Shown here one piece after another: positions 45,836 through 58,839 of a stretch of DNA of 64,000 bases. Both the position numbers and the translations under genes were made by a program. Under the pieces are notes generated by a model. It did no database searches. It saw only the letters and a program-made list of their open reading frames with translations, and was not told the origin of the DNA. Location: assembly GCA_002269645.1 (NCBI GenBank), contig NIVC01000514.1, positions 62,001-126,000 on the forward strand, given 5' to 3'. The first letter of the stretch is position 1. The number at the start of each line of letters is the position of its first letter. Source of the DNA: Macrostomum lignano. Taxonomy: Eukaryota.

Positions 45836-47078
45836 TCCAGCTCTCCTGTGCTGCGAAGTTGTTCAACCGGATGCTGCTATCGCGGTTGCACCCCGTGCTG
45901 GATCCCTACCTGCGACCTGAGCAGAATGGGTCTCGGCCCACCGTGGCACAGTGCCGCAGATCCTAGCTCTTCGCCGAATCATCGAGGAGGCGCGCACGCG
46001 CCAGTTGGACCTGATTGTTGTCTTCATTGACTTCATGAAGGCATTCGACTCGGTTGCGAAGGCAGCGCTCCCACATGTGCTCCGTGCGTATCATGTACCA
46101 GAACAGCTGACCTCCCCCATAATGGCGTTGTACTGTGCTACGAGAGCAGCTGTGATGACGCCAGACGGCCTGTCGGACTCCTTCGAGACATCCTCCGGGG
46201 TGCTCCAGGGGGACACTCTAGTGCCGTTCCTGTTCGTCCTGGTGCTTGACTGGGTGCTACGAACTGCTCTTCCTACCGACGAAGACGGCTTCCTACTGCG
46301 GCGACGCGTGGGTCGACGTCAACCGGAGAAACGGCTCAGCGTGCTTGGCTACGCTGATGACCTCGCCCTGCTGTCCTCGACCGTAGAGGGCGCCCAGCGC
46401 CTGCGTGCCGGGCGACATCGAGGCCGCAATTTTCTGCCGAGGCGCTGGCGGGCAGGTAACGGAGCTTCCGCGCTGTCAGCAGTTCGTCTACCTCGGCGGT
46501 CTGGTACCTGACGTCCGCGAAGATCCGCGGCGTCGCCGCGGGCTCGCTTGGGCTTCCTTTCGCTCTGTGAGGGCGGTCCTGCAGTCTGAGGCCCTACCTG
46601 ATCGCCAGAGGGCGGCGCTGTTCCAGGCGGTGGTCGAGACCGTCCTGTTGTAAAACGCCGAGACCTGGACGCTGACGGATTCGCTCGAACAGCAAGTGAA
46701 CGCGGCGCACGCTGGCCTGCTGTGCGCCGCCTTTAAGATCAGCGACGAGCGGATCACTAACGCGGCACTCCATCGCCGCGCTGGCCTGGCCCGTCCAAGT
46801 GAACAGCTGCGACTTCGGCGACTCCAGCTGGCAGGCCACATCATCCACGCCGAGTCCTACTGCCCGCAGCCGGTGCAGGAGGTGCTACTGCTAACCCTGC
46901 AGGCACCCTACTGGCGCGGCCAGGCCCGAACTCGGCGTTTCGTCGACTTTGCCTCCTGGCCGACGCTGGCGCCCCGGACTCTGCCGGCTGTGCGGCCTTT
47001 GTTCGCGCCCAGGCTCTGAAGCGTGCCCTGTGACGCTGCTTTTTTCCACCTGACAGCGTATTTTCTTGTTGTTGTTGT
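45836..47078 (+). mobile_element. 5'-truncated, decayed RTE-like non-LTR retrotransposon (RT remnant)
   Basis: RT motifs AKLFNRML..RL..VLD..LR.EQNG, QILALRRIIE, FIDF.KAFDSV, GVLQGDTL.PFLF, YADDLALL. Frameshifts near 45940 and 46405; premature TAA at 46651. 3' (TTG)n tail. Candidate TSD TATAGGGT at 45828-45835 and 47079-47086. Confidence 0.85.
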
Positions 47079-47794
47079 TATAGGGTAGCTAGCACAGATG
47101 AGACTCCGGCTAGGGCGGCAGGGATATGTAACGCTTCGGTGGCCGGTGGGAACAGTTTGATCCAGCAGCAGAAAATTTGTCTAATCACATGAGTTGTAGA
47201 TTGAAAAAGTAAACTGAATGTAGAGACGCCCCGTAATATTGAAAATAGTTAAAAGTGGTCTGCAATTAAGCAATGAAATTCCTTTGCAAATTTTGAGGCT
47301 AACCGTCGGTAACGTCGGGATTGGAGGCCACTGAGAAGTGCCAGTATTCGGTGCTGCCCATGACAAGAATTCTCTCTAAACTCCTCCCTAAACTCCACCT
47401 TAAAATCCTCCCTAAACTTCTCCCGGACAGCCCCTCGGCTCGGTAGGAAGAATGAACAAATGAATGGGGGCGATGTAATAGATTCAAATAGTAACTAACG
47501 GGCAAATCGGGGATAAAAAAGTTATGAAGAAAAGATAGATAACAAATTAATCTTCCAGCTCTAGAGGGCAAAAGGACACAGGTACAAAGCCGAGACAGGA
47601 ATACTCGTAGTTAGACTCATTTGTGTCACTTTAATTGAACTTGCACTCTTCAACCGTTTATCAGGTAAAGTGAAAATTATGCACTCAGGCTGCACTTTGA
47701 CTCATCCTCAGCAAGCCAACAAAAATATCGAGACGAGTTGAGGCTGCTTAAGCAAGCATCACACCATCACAAGTTTTAATTAAACAATAATTTT

Positions 47795-49591
47795 CTAGTC
47801 CTGAGGCGCCAGCTTCTTGTCGCCCAGCTCCACCTCGCTGCAGTCCGGCGTGCCCGAGCTGCTGCCCATCGGTGGCGCGGGCCTCACGAGGACGATGTTG
47901 CTGGAGCTTCGCTGCCCCCCGGTCTTGGTGATCAGGTTGTACAGCAGCTCGACGAGCTCGCACAGGCTCAGCAGGCTGCAGCCGAGGTAGATGCCCGCAG
48001 TGCCGCCAATGTCGGCGATGAACGTCTGCAGAGAGTAGCCGGGCGACAGCCGGATCTGCGAGCTGCGCGACTGCTGGCTGCGCAGCGTCACCTCCAGGCC
48101 CGAGCGGGAGAAGAACTTGTTGGCCAGAGCTTCTGCGTCAGAAATCTTCTCCTCCTCATCTTCCGCAGAAAAGTGCTGCCTCACGGAGTGAAGTATCGCC
48201 CTCCAGGCAGGCCGATATGTGCTTGGAGATTTGTCCAGAATAGTCTTCATGATGCCCGTGACAAGCCGGATCTGCCCGTTCTCGTTGGGCCAGTTCGCGC
48301 TGGAGGTGCTGGTCTCGTACTTCCGTGACACGCACAGCTGCCTGCTCTGGCACAGCTGCTGGAAGTCGCTCAGCGCGGCCGTGTCAGCTGTGAACGCCTG
48401 CAGGAGGTTCAACTCGATCTGAGACTCGTTCAGGCCGCTCGCATTCAGGCAGAAGCGCAGGTGCCTGAACTGCCACGGCAGCGGGTTCACGTACGGACTG
48501 CAGCCGCCGTTCACAGACAGCTGCCGAGCGAACTCTGAGAAGTAGCAGAAGCTGTTGCTGTAGCCGAACGCGTACGCCGAGCCGTCGTACGGATTGACGA
48601 ACTTCACGTCGGGAGCCTCCGTCAGGCAGCGTCCGCCGTACGCCTCGGGCTCCTTCTTGATGCTCTGCATGCTGAGCCCGATGCTGTAGGACCTGCCGGG
48701 AGCGAGCAGGAAGTTGGTCACGAACCTGCTCGGGTACTCGCCTCGAGGAGCCAGGTACAGCCTCATTCCCATCGGCCTGTCGATCTCGTAGGGCGAGTCC
48801 AGGTCCCAGTCGTACACGAGTATTTGTATTTTGTTGTACAGCGGGACCGTCACGCTCATTACATGTGAATATGTCAAAACTTTCAATGCGTCATCAAAGT
48901 CGGTGAAGTGCGGATCCAGAATGAACTGGAAGCTGATCTCCGAGTTGACCTTGCTCAGCTCAGCGAGTCTCTGCTCGGTCAGCTCGATCTTGAGACACTT
49001 GAGGTGATTCGGGTGGTAGAAGGGTCTGAGGGAGACGCCTGACTTGCTGTCGTTCTTCAGTACCGTCTGCTGCTCCTTGTGAGCGAGATGGTCCACCAGC
49101 AAGCTGTACGGCATTGACTGGATGGCGGACTTCAGTCTGTACAGCTTCATCTGCTCGATCTGAGACTTAGTGGCGTTCGCGAGCGACGAGTTGAGCAGCC
49201 GCTGCAGCACCGAGTCGAAGGTGGCGAGCGAGGCGGTCATCCTGGCGTTGATGTCGGTGACGACCTCGCTGGCGAGCGTGACGGAGTAGGTCCCCGACAC
49301 CTGGACATTGTTGCAGAAGTACACGTCGGGAAACTGGAAGTCCACAGCCTCGGCCTCGTAGGAAGTACTGACCTCGCCTCTGACGAGCTTGCTTGTGAAG
49401 CCGTGCATGCTAAAGGTGAACACAGCGAGCAGGGCCAGGAAGGCCAGCAGCCAGCAGAGCTTGATGTAGAGCGGCCTCTGGCCCGCCAGCCTGCTGAGCC
49501 CGTGGGCTGTGGTCTCGCTGGCAGCCGCGGCCAGGACCTGCGTCAGCAGCGCTCCGGTGCTGGGGGTCTCGTCCGCTGCGGCAGTTGGCAT
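47795..49591 (-). CDS. DEG/ENaC (amiloride-sensitive sodium channel family) subunit, single exon, 598 aa
   Basis: N-terminal TTAHG (HG motif), TM1 WLLAFLALLAVFTF, FPDVYFCN, GMRLY..PRGEYP, Cys-rich thumb region, and pre-TM2/TM2 FIADIGGTAGIYLGCSLLSLCELVELL with a G-x-S selectivity filter. Confidence 0.93.
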   Translation of the reverse strand: MPTAAADETPSTGALLTQVLAAAASETTAHGLSRLAGQRPLYIKLCWLLAFLALLAVFTFSMHGFTSKLVRGEVSTSYEAEAVDFQFPDVYFCNNVQVSGTYSVTLASEVVTDINARMTASLATFDSVLQRLLNSSLANATKSQIEQMKLYRLKSAIQSMPYSLLVDHLAHKEQQTVLKNDSKSGVSLRPFYHPNHLKCLKIELTEQRLAELSKVNSEISFQFILDPHFTDFDDALKVLTYSHVMSVTVPLYNKIQILVYDWDLDSPYEIDRPMGMRLYLAPRGEYPSRFVTNFLLAPGRSYSIGLSMQSIKKEPEAYGGRCLTEAPDVKFVNPYDGSAYAFGYSNSFCYFSEFARQLSVNGGCSPYVNPLPWQFRHLRFCLNASGLNESQIELNLLQAFTADTAALSDFQQLCQSRQLCVSRKYETSTSSANWPNENGQIRLVTGIMKTILDKSPSTYRPAWRAILHSVRQHFSAEDEEEKISDAEALANKFFSRSGLEVTLRSQQSRSSQIRLSPGYSLQTFIADIGGTAGIYLGCSLLSLCELVELLYNLITKTGGQRSSSNIVLVRPAPPMGSSSGTPDCSEVELGDKKLAPQD

Positions 49592-52500
49592 CGCTTGAGC
49601 TCAGGCTGAGTTTCTCGCAAAAAGCAGCTGCCTGATGTAGCTTGATGTGGCCTAAATGTAGCCGGAAAGTTGTATTTGCGTTGCCATGGCAACAAATTCT
49701 CGGCTCAATGCTTCTGGTAAATGGCTGGTCGCATCCCGAAATGCAATGTTGACCGATGCATTAGGGACAGGACTCCTGGGCAGTCAGCGCCAGGCCGATG
49801 TTTGCTGGCAGAAGCGCACTGCGGGCCAGTCCTCTGAGGCGCATTGAATTTGTCTTCGCAAACTTTTCGGAGCAATCGCGGAGCCACTGAATGTGTTTGA
49901 ATTAGCCAGCATTTCAGTGTCCCAGTTTCATTCGGGGCGAGGCGGCCGCTTTGCATACAAATGTATGCACTGTGTAACAGCAACCCCGGCATGAAAAGCT
50001 CGTTTCGTCGCCTTTATACCCCCATCGGACCCTGAGATCACGTAATAATTAAGGGAGAAAGATTGGTCATGAACATACCGAGATACGCGAATGGCTTTAA
50101 TAATTGGGTGAAAGGTCGGGGTGGGTTGTTACCGCAGGATTTAAAGACCAGAAAGTTTCACAAGGATAGGCCATACTCGTAGTCACTGATTTAGCTAGAC
50201 CAATTATCATCTTTGGCTTGATTGCAGCTTTGATATCCTGCTGGGCAATTATATATAATTGTCTGTGTAAATAGAAGAAAAGGGAACCCTGGAAGGCAGC
50301 TGCTGACATGAATTCCTGAATATGAGCTACCTTGAACATAATCATTTCTTGATTGAATCGCATGTACATGTATTATATTCAAGGCCGAAAGTTGTTTCAA
50401 TACGAGCGTATGTGTGCACCAGAGTATACGCGATCGCACCTGTGTACCGTTTATCCGGTATCCGGTACGTACTTACATGTAATAATGCTGACGACTACAT
50501 GAGCTGACTTAATTTATTTTCTTTCGTCTAGGCTTTAATTTATTGGCGGGATCTACGTATGTATTTTTAACAGGATCTGGGCGACTTCGCTAGCCTTAGA
50601 TCGACAGAAATATAGCTAAGTACATGTATACATGTGTTAGCATTGTGATGAACTTTTATTTAGTTAACAAATGCACTTTTTTTACAAGCCGTTCATGGCT
50701 GCCGAGCCGCAAATGTCTATGGTCATTTCGTACAGTACGAGCTATGCTCACTAACTAAAAGAGCCACGAAATATAATGAAAGAGTAATAACTGTCTGTTG
50801 AGATGAGCTAAGGCTGCTACTCAAAATAATTAAAGGACTTGAAATCTGTCGCGACTTGTTATTCTTATCTCTCTCCCCTCGCCGCCTTCTGATTGGCTCT
50901 CCATTCTCGCCTCTCTCTTCAGTCGCGCACTCCACCCTCTCCTTATTATTTTGGGCTCAACCCCCTGTGACGTTGCTAGTTTAAGGAGGTCCCGCAAAAG
51001 GGCCGTTGGACTGTAGTTTCCCTTGCAATTTCTCACTTAATTTCTCCAATAGTTTATTTTAACGTTTACTTGTAGTAGCGTGCAACTAATCTGTATCAAT
51101 TGCTAATTCACTGTGTATTTGGTAAACCTTGCGTTCGTCTGTAAAATCTAGCACGATCGATAATTTCAAGTTCTCCCGCCAGCCAATGAAAACTCTCCGT
51201 GTTTTATGCTAACCCTTCTGCGCCCCTTTATTAACCCCCGCCTAGCGGCGGCCTGGGGAGGTCTTCACTTGCGGCCCTTGTGTTTTCGTCTCGTTTTCCT
51301 TCTCTCGCCTGGCTGCCTCGAGCCTCCTTATCTCTCGCCACGGCTCCTCTGTCTGGGCCCGCCTGTTTACACACCGTTACTCCACTGTGTACTGCCACGG
51401 CTAACGCCATTCTCGCCGCTACTTATCTACCCGTCTACTTGCTACTCACTGCTTCCACTGTGCTCATCGCCATCACCCACCACGTTACGTCACCATTGTA
51501 TCCTTCGTCTGCTACTCGACTTCATCATTCTAAATTACCTTCAAAACCATTGTTGCAGCCGCCAGTGTCCCAAAGCGCAATAAGTTTTGTATTGACATTA
51601 ACAGTTCTAATATTGATCTCAACAATAAATTAACTACGGCAGTTTCCTGCCCTTATACGCCAAGTGCTCCGCTACACAATCCGTTATTGCCACCGGCTTC
51701 CCACCCTCGTTTAACAACAACAAACAAAACCTAAACACATCGTCTCGATTAGAACCATGACTTGTAATTTCTTGACCATCAAAATAAAAAAAATATTAAA
51801 CTAGAGAGTAGTACTACACATAATACTTATTTTTCTTACATAAAGTTAGTTTATAGTTAAGTGATTCAGTTTGATATTCTATACATTCTTTCATGAAATG
51901 AAATTCGTAAAAAATGTAGATTGTATCTGTGAGGTGTAGTTCAGAAATCAGACCTTCTGATCTTTTTCAAAAAAAATTGAGATTGTGTATTACAACAATA
52001 TCTGCCAGCTAATTTTTTTTGAAATAGCAACATTAATCGATAGAATAATATTTTATTTAGTGTTAGCTGTGTGTTAGCAAGGGTTTTTGGCTTCTTTTAC
52101 CTTCGCGCGTTTAATTATTTTCTTTGATAATTTGTAATTTCAATAGGTATAGAATGACGTGCCTTGAAATATTTGTCTCTGGCACAAAGTCTCTTTCAGT
52201 CGGGTGGGTAGACTCAGTCAGTATGGGGAAGATGCAGTAGACTCAACTCAGCAGTCACGCAACTCAATTTTATCTTAGTGCACCACCGAAATCATGGCTG
52301 GCTGGCCGGCGGCCGAACACCTGCACCTAAAACTACCAGTTGGTGACCTGCTCAATCCGAATGTTTCCTTCTTCACCAGTTTCACCAGTTTTACTTGTTG
52401 ATAGTTGACAATCTATCCGCTCAAACTAAATGAATACTAAATTATTAAACTGAACAGAAAAGGTAAATTTTCCAAGAAAATAATGAAACGTAAAAAGTAA

Positions 52501-53238
52501 AGATCAGTGATTTCTTTAGTTCTTATTCTGTCAGTGTCATACTTATTGATTTTCAAACTTTATCTTAAAACTTAAGCTGCAGCCTTAAATTTGAGACAAA
52601 AATAAATAATAAAAAAGCATTATTACCTAACAAAAAAATAAAATAAACAAGCAACACTTCTGTTTCCTAATGTGGATAGCTACTGTATTATACGAGTTTA
52701 GGGCCAGGCCTACTATATAATATATCATATACCATTTGTCTTATCTAAATATAGTTTGTATTTTGTTTCTGGTTAGTTCTGGCTAATTTTCTGTATGAAT
52801 AAAGCTGTTAAAATTATTTAATACCTAAATCACCCATACATTCTTCTTATTATACACATTTATTAAGTTTTTTAACACAATACACCAAAACTAATGTATA
52901 TCCCATATTCTATACAATTTTTTCTTATCATCAAAAGAGGTTTATAACTGAAATTTTCTAAGTTATTAAATAATATTTATAATTTATATAACTCATATTT
53001 ATAATGTAATCAGGATTTTGTGTATATCACTTTCAATCAGGGCATTTTGTATAAAAAAGGAGAAATAACTTAAATTTTTCTATCTTTACCAAAGAGATAG
53101 ATGCAGTGTGTTTACTTTTAATGATTAATTTTAGTATGTGTAAATGTAAATTTAAGTTTTATGCAATCAAAGCATTTTACCCTACAGATTCTAATGTAGA
53201 ATTTACCTGTCAAAGCTGCTCCCTGTTGCCCTGCAGTA

Positions 53239-56200
53239 ATGAGCGGCCGCAGCACCGCCCTCCGCCCGGGCACCGCCAGCAGGCTGAAAGCCGGCGCCAG
53301 TCGCGGCGACGGCCGGCCGTCAAGTCTGACAATCGGAGCCGCCGTTCAGGTTGGCGACTTGGAGTTTTCACTTCTCAGCTGCTCTCTAGCCCGGCATGAG
53401 GATGCGTGATTTTCACTGCATCTGCGACATCCGTTAGCTTCTTAGTCCTAGTGGACACGATTGTCTCCCCCTAATGTTTCCCCGACACCAAATGTCTTCT
53501 TCTGACACCTGCTTACCTTCTTTGCCTCTTCACTAACTTCTCTGAAACTCTCACTATCATACTTGACACTAACCCTCTCTGACACTTTCACTCTCTGACA
53601 GTTCACTAACCTCTCTGACTCTTTCACTCTCTGACAGTTCACTAACCCTCTCTGACACTTTCACTCTCTGACAGTTCACTAACCCTCTCTGACACTTTCA
53701 CTCTTCAACAGTTCACTAACCCTCTCTGACACTTTCACTCTCTGACAGTTCACTAACCCTCTCTGACACTTTCACTCTCTGACAGTTCACTAACCCTCTC
53801 TGACACTTTCACTCTTCAACAGTTCACTAACCCTCTCTGACACTTTCACTCTCTGACAGTTCACTAACCCTCTCTGACACTTTCACTCTCTGACAGTTCA
53901 CTAACCCTCTCTGACACTTTCACTCTTTAACAGTTCACTACCCTCTCTGACACTTTCACTCTTTAACAGTTCACTACCCTCTCTGACACTTTCACTCTTT
54001 AACAGTTCACTAACCCTCTCTGACACTTTCACTCTTCAACAGTTCACTACCCTCTCTGACACTTTCACTCTTTAACAGTTCACTACCCTCTCTGACACTT
54101 TCACTCTTTAACAGTTCACTAACCCTCTCTGACACTTTCACTCTTTAACAGTTCACTACCCTCTCTGACACTTTCACTCTTCAACAGTTCACTAACCCTC
54201 TCTGACACTTTCACTCTTCAACAGTTCACTACCCTCTCTGACACTTTCACTCTCTGACAGTTCACTAACCCTCTCTGACACTTTCACTCTTCAACAGTTC
54301 ACTACCCTCTCTGACACTTTCACTCTTTAACAATGGGATCATTAGCTACTAGATGGGATCTTTAACTACGGGATGGGATCATTAGCTACTGGATGGGATT
54401 ATTAGCTACTGGATGGGATCATTAGAAACTGGTAACAGTTCACTAACCCTCTCTGACACTTTCACTCTCTGACAGTTCACTAGCCCTCTCTGACACTTTC
54501 ACTCTTTAACAGTTCACTAACCCTCTCTGACACTTTCACTCTTCAACAGTTCACTAACCCTCTCTGACACTTTCACTCTTCAACAGTTCACTACCCTCTC
54601 TGACACTTTCACTCTTTAACAGTTCACTAACCCTCTCTGACACTTTCACTCTCTGACAGTTCACTAACCCTCTCTGACACTTTCACTCTTTAACAGTTCA
54701 CTAACCCTCTCTGACACTTTCACTCTTCAACAGTTCACTAACCCTCTTTGACACTTTCACTCTTCAACAGTTCACTACCCTCTCTGACACTTTCACTCTT
54801 TAACAGTTCACTACCCTCTCTGACACTTTCACTCTTCAACAGTTCACTAACCCTCTCTGACACTTTCACTCTTCAACAGTTCACTAACCCTCTCTGACAC
54901 TTTCACTCTTTAACAGTTCACTACCCTCTCTGACACTTTCACTCTTCAACAGTTCACTAACCCTCTCTGACACTTTCACTCTTCAACAGTTCACTAACCC
55001 TCTCTGACACTTTCACTCTTCAACAGTTCACTAACCCTCTCTGACACTTTCACTCTTCAACAGTTCACTAACCCTCTCTGACACTTTCACTCTTTAACAG
55101 TTCACTACCCTCTCTGACACTTTCACTCTTCAACAGTTCACTAACCCTCTCTGACACTTTCACTCTTCAACAGTTCACTAACCCTCTCTGACACTTTCAC
55201 TCTTCAACAGTTCACTAACCCTCTCTGACACTTTCACTCTTCAACAGTTCACTACCCTCTCTGAAATTTCGCTACCCACTCTGACAGTTCACTACCCTCT
55301 CTGAAATTTCGCTACCCACTCTGACAGTTCACTACCCTCGCTGACACTTTACTACCCTCTCTGACACTCAGTCTCGCAGCCCTGGAAGACCGCAGCCACC
55401 CTCAGTCGGAGGCATTCAACTCCCCACTCATCCCCAGCTCAACTCCCCACTCATCCCCAGTTCAACTCCCCACTCATCCCCAGTTCAACTCCCCACTCAT
55501 CCCCAGTTCAACTCCCCACTCATCCCCAGTTCAACTCCCCACTCATCCCCAGTTCAACTCCCCACTCATCCCCAGTTCAACTCCCCACTCATCCCCAGCT
55601 CAACTCCCCACTCATCCCCAGCTCAACTCCCCACTCATCCCCAGCTCAACTCCCCACTCATCCCCAGTTCAACTCCCCACTCATCCCCAGTTCAACTCCC
55701 CACTCATCCCCAGTTCAACTCCCCACTCATCCCCAATTCAACTCCCCACTCATCCCCAATTCAACTCCCCACTCATCCCCAATTCAACTCCCCACTCATC
55801 CCCAGCTCAACTCCCCACTCATCCCCAGCTCAACTCCCCACTCATCCCCAGTTCAACTCCCCACTCATCCCCAGTTCGAGGACCGGCCGATCACCCAGCA
55901 GGGCCTGGGCGGCATGAAGGTCGGCGGCCGCGGCACGAAGCGCCAGGTGGAGGACAAGAGCTTCTACCTGGGCCTGCTGCGCACTCGCATCGCCGAGCTG
56001 GACACCGAGACCACCAAGCTGAGGGCCAGCCACGAGGAGCTGCAGCGGGACAGCGGCAGCTTCGCCCAGTACGAGGCAATGGCCGAGAGCCTGGCCAAGG
56101 ACATCCAGGTGAGCCAGCTGCCTGAGTTCGGCCGGCACCAGAGTCTGGTGTCTCTCCGAGGCGTTACCCACAGTGCTACGCAACTCCCCAAGCAACTACG

Positions 56201-58594
56201 GGCCACATCTATTGCTTGCATTCTTCAGTTTTCAGCAATCCTGGTCGATCACCAGCTCTGCGCGAGACTTCTGATTCTTTCATTTTAGCAAGAGCCAATC
56301 GGTGGATTCTGTGACCGAATGGCGCAACGCCTTTAGCGATCTCGTCCCCCATTTGTGTCCGCTTGGCACCTTGGCACCACAGATCCTAGCTCAGTCACGT
56401 GACTACCGACGCGCCATTCGACACCCCCCCCAAAATCCCTCCAGGACCTGCAGGGCCAGCTAGCCGATGCCAACACCCTGCTGGACCGGCTGAACACGGA
56501 GCAGGACTCCGCCGAGGTGCAGCTCGAGTGCGACGAGCTGCGCGACCGCAACGAGGCCCAGGAGGCCGCCCTGGAGGCCACCTTTGAGGAGCGGAAGCGG
56601 GCCGAAGCGGATGTGGCCACGGCTGAGCGGGAGCTGGACCAGGTGGGCAGCCGCTGGGTGCTGGAGTGATAGATTGGATTCTGAGTGACAGTCAAGCCAG
56701 AGTGACAGTCAAGCCAGAGGGACAGTCAAGCCAGAGTGACAGTGAAGCCAGACTTGACAGTCAAGCCAGAGTGACAGTCAAGCCAGAGTGACAGTCAAGC
56801 CAGAGTGACAGTCAAGCCAGAGTGACAGACACACCCGAATATCCCGCAGGAGCGCCGCATGGCGGACTCGATCGTGGCTCGGATGCGCCCGGAGCAGCAG
56901 CGGCAGCACCGACAGCTCCGAGAGGAGGCGGAGCGCACCAGCCGGGAGCTCGAGGCCAGCCAGCGCGAGCTCGACAACCTGCGGAGGCAGCGGGCCCGCC
57001 TGGAGGACGAGCTGAGCGGCAACCTCATCAAGCAGGAGGCTGTGCGCCTGTGCGAACAGCTTCGCGAGCTGGCGGACCGTCGGGACGCCCTGCTTGAGGA
57101 CGAGCGGGCGGCCGGGGACCCCAACCAGGAGCGGGAGCGGCTGCTCAACCAGGTGAGTCTCGGCCTCTGAGGCTCGTGAGATGCTCGGATGGCCGAGCGG
57201 ATTGAGATAAAAATCTAAGTGGGATGAGATAGGATTCCAAATAGGATATGATTGCTTTCAAAATGGGATGATGTCCAATTGCTGGTGGGACAAATAATTA
57301 ACTAAGGAATGAACTAACACTTGAAGCTATATTTAGAAACACGCGGTCGTCGTAAAAGTAGGCGGTAGAGAGAACATGAATCGAAAGTAATAAACCGGGG
57401 CGAGGGCCCGACTATATATTTAAAGTAATAAACTGGACCTCCGTGCGCCACGCACACGGAGAGACCTAAATTATCGATCGTACAATTATTATACGCTCTA
57501 ACTACAACAGGAAAGTAAAACGGCCTAATTAAGGGGGGCAACTAAACGCAAAAGTACATAGAATAAATAGGAATTGATACGGTTTTTGTCAGTTTATGTG
57601 GATAAATCTGACAGATGAGATGGGATTCAAGTGGGATGAGATGGGATTCAAGTGGGTTGAGATGGCATTCCAAGTGGGATGAGATGGCATTCCAAGTGGG
57701 ATGAGATGGGATTCCAAGTGGGATGAGATGGCATTCCAAGTGGGATGAGATGGCATTCCAAGTGGGATGAGATGGGATTCAAGTGGGTTGAGATGGCATT
57801 CCAAGTGGGTTGAGATGGGATTAAAGTGGGTTGAGATGGCATTCCAAGTGGGTTGAGATGGGATTCAAGTGGATTGAGATGGGATTCCAAGTGGGATGAG
57901 ATGGCAAAGTCTATAGGTGTGTATGAGATAGGAGTCAGCAGGGATGAGAGTCAGGAAAGCAGAGAGTCACGCAGAGTCCCGCCTCCCGCGGCCGCAGGTG
58001 CGCGAGGACAACGCTGAGATCGGCACGATGGAGCGGCAGAGCCAGGAGGCGCAGGCGCGACTGTCGGAGGTGCAGGCGGAGATCCGCGCCACCGAGGAGG
58101 AGATCGAGGCGACCTCCGGGCAGCGTTCGCAGCAGTACCGTGAGCTGCGCAAGCGCGAGGAGCAGATGGACAGCTTCCTGGGCGACTTCGAGCGCTCTGC
58201 GGCTGCCGAGAAAGCTGTCCTGGCCGAGCGGGAGCGCCAGGTAGTCGACCTGCTGGATGGCCTGTCGCGCAGCGTTGCCATGGTGACCACGGTGGGGGCG
58301 GCTGGCCTGCCGACGGAGGCGGAGCTGAAGGCGATGCGCGAGCAGCTGAGCTTCAAAGCCGGCGAGCGGGACCGGGCGGACGCCACGGTGTTGGCGCTGG
58401 CGGAGAGCCACGAGAAGCTGGTGCGAGACGCCGCCAAGATCGACCAGCTGGAGAGGAAGACGGCCGAGGAGATTGAAACCCAGCGGGCGAAGATCGACAC
58501 CATGCGGCAGGAGCTCGAAAAGTTTGAGAACGTCGCCAAGATGATGGAGGAGGGCGAAGAGAAGCGGGAAGAGGTATCTGTCTGCCTGCCTGCC

Positions 58595-58635
<41 letters not shown>

Positions 58636-58642
58636 GCCTGCC

Positions 58643-58679
<37 letters not shown>

Positions 58680-58686
58680 GCCTGCC

Positions 58687-58719
<33 letters not shown>

Positions 58720-58806
58720 GCCTGCCTGCCTGTCTGTCTGCCTGTCTGTCTGTCTGTCTGTCTGCCTGCCTGTCTGCCTGTCTGTCTGTCTGTCTGTCTG
58801 CCTGCC

Positions 58807-58839
<33 letters not shown>

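Noticed and set aside
47128-47590. Second solo LTR candidate starting TGTAAC
   Set aside because: No matching TSD, no polyadenylation signal in the expected place, and no second copy in the window.
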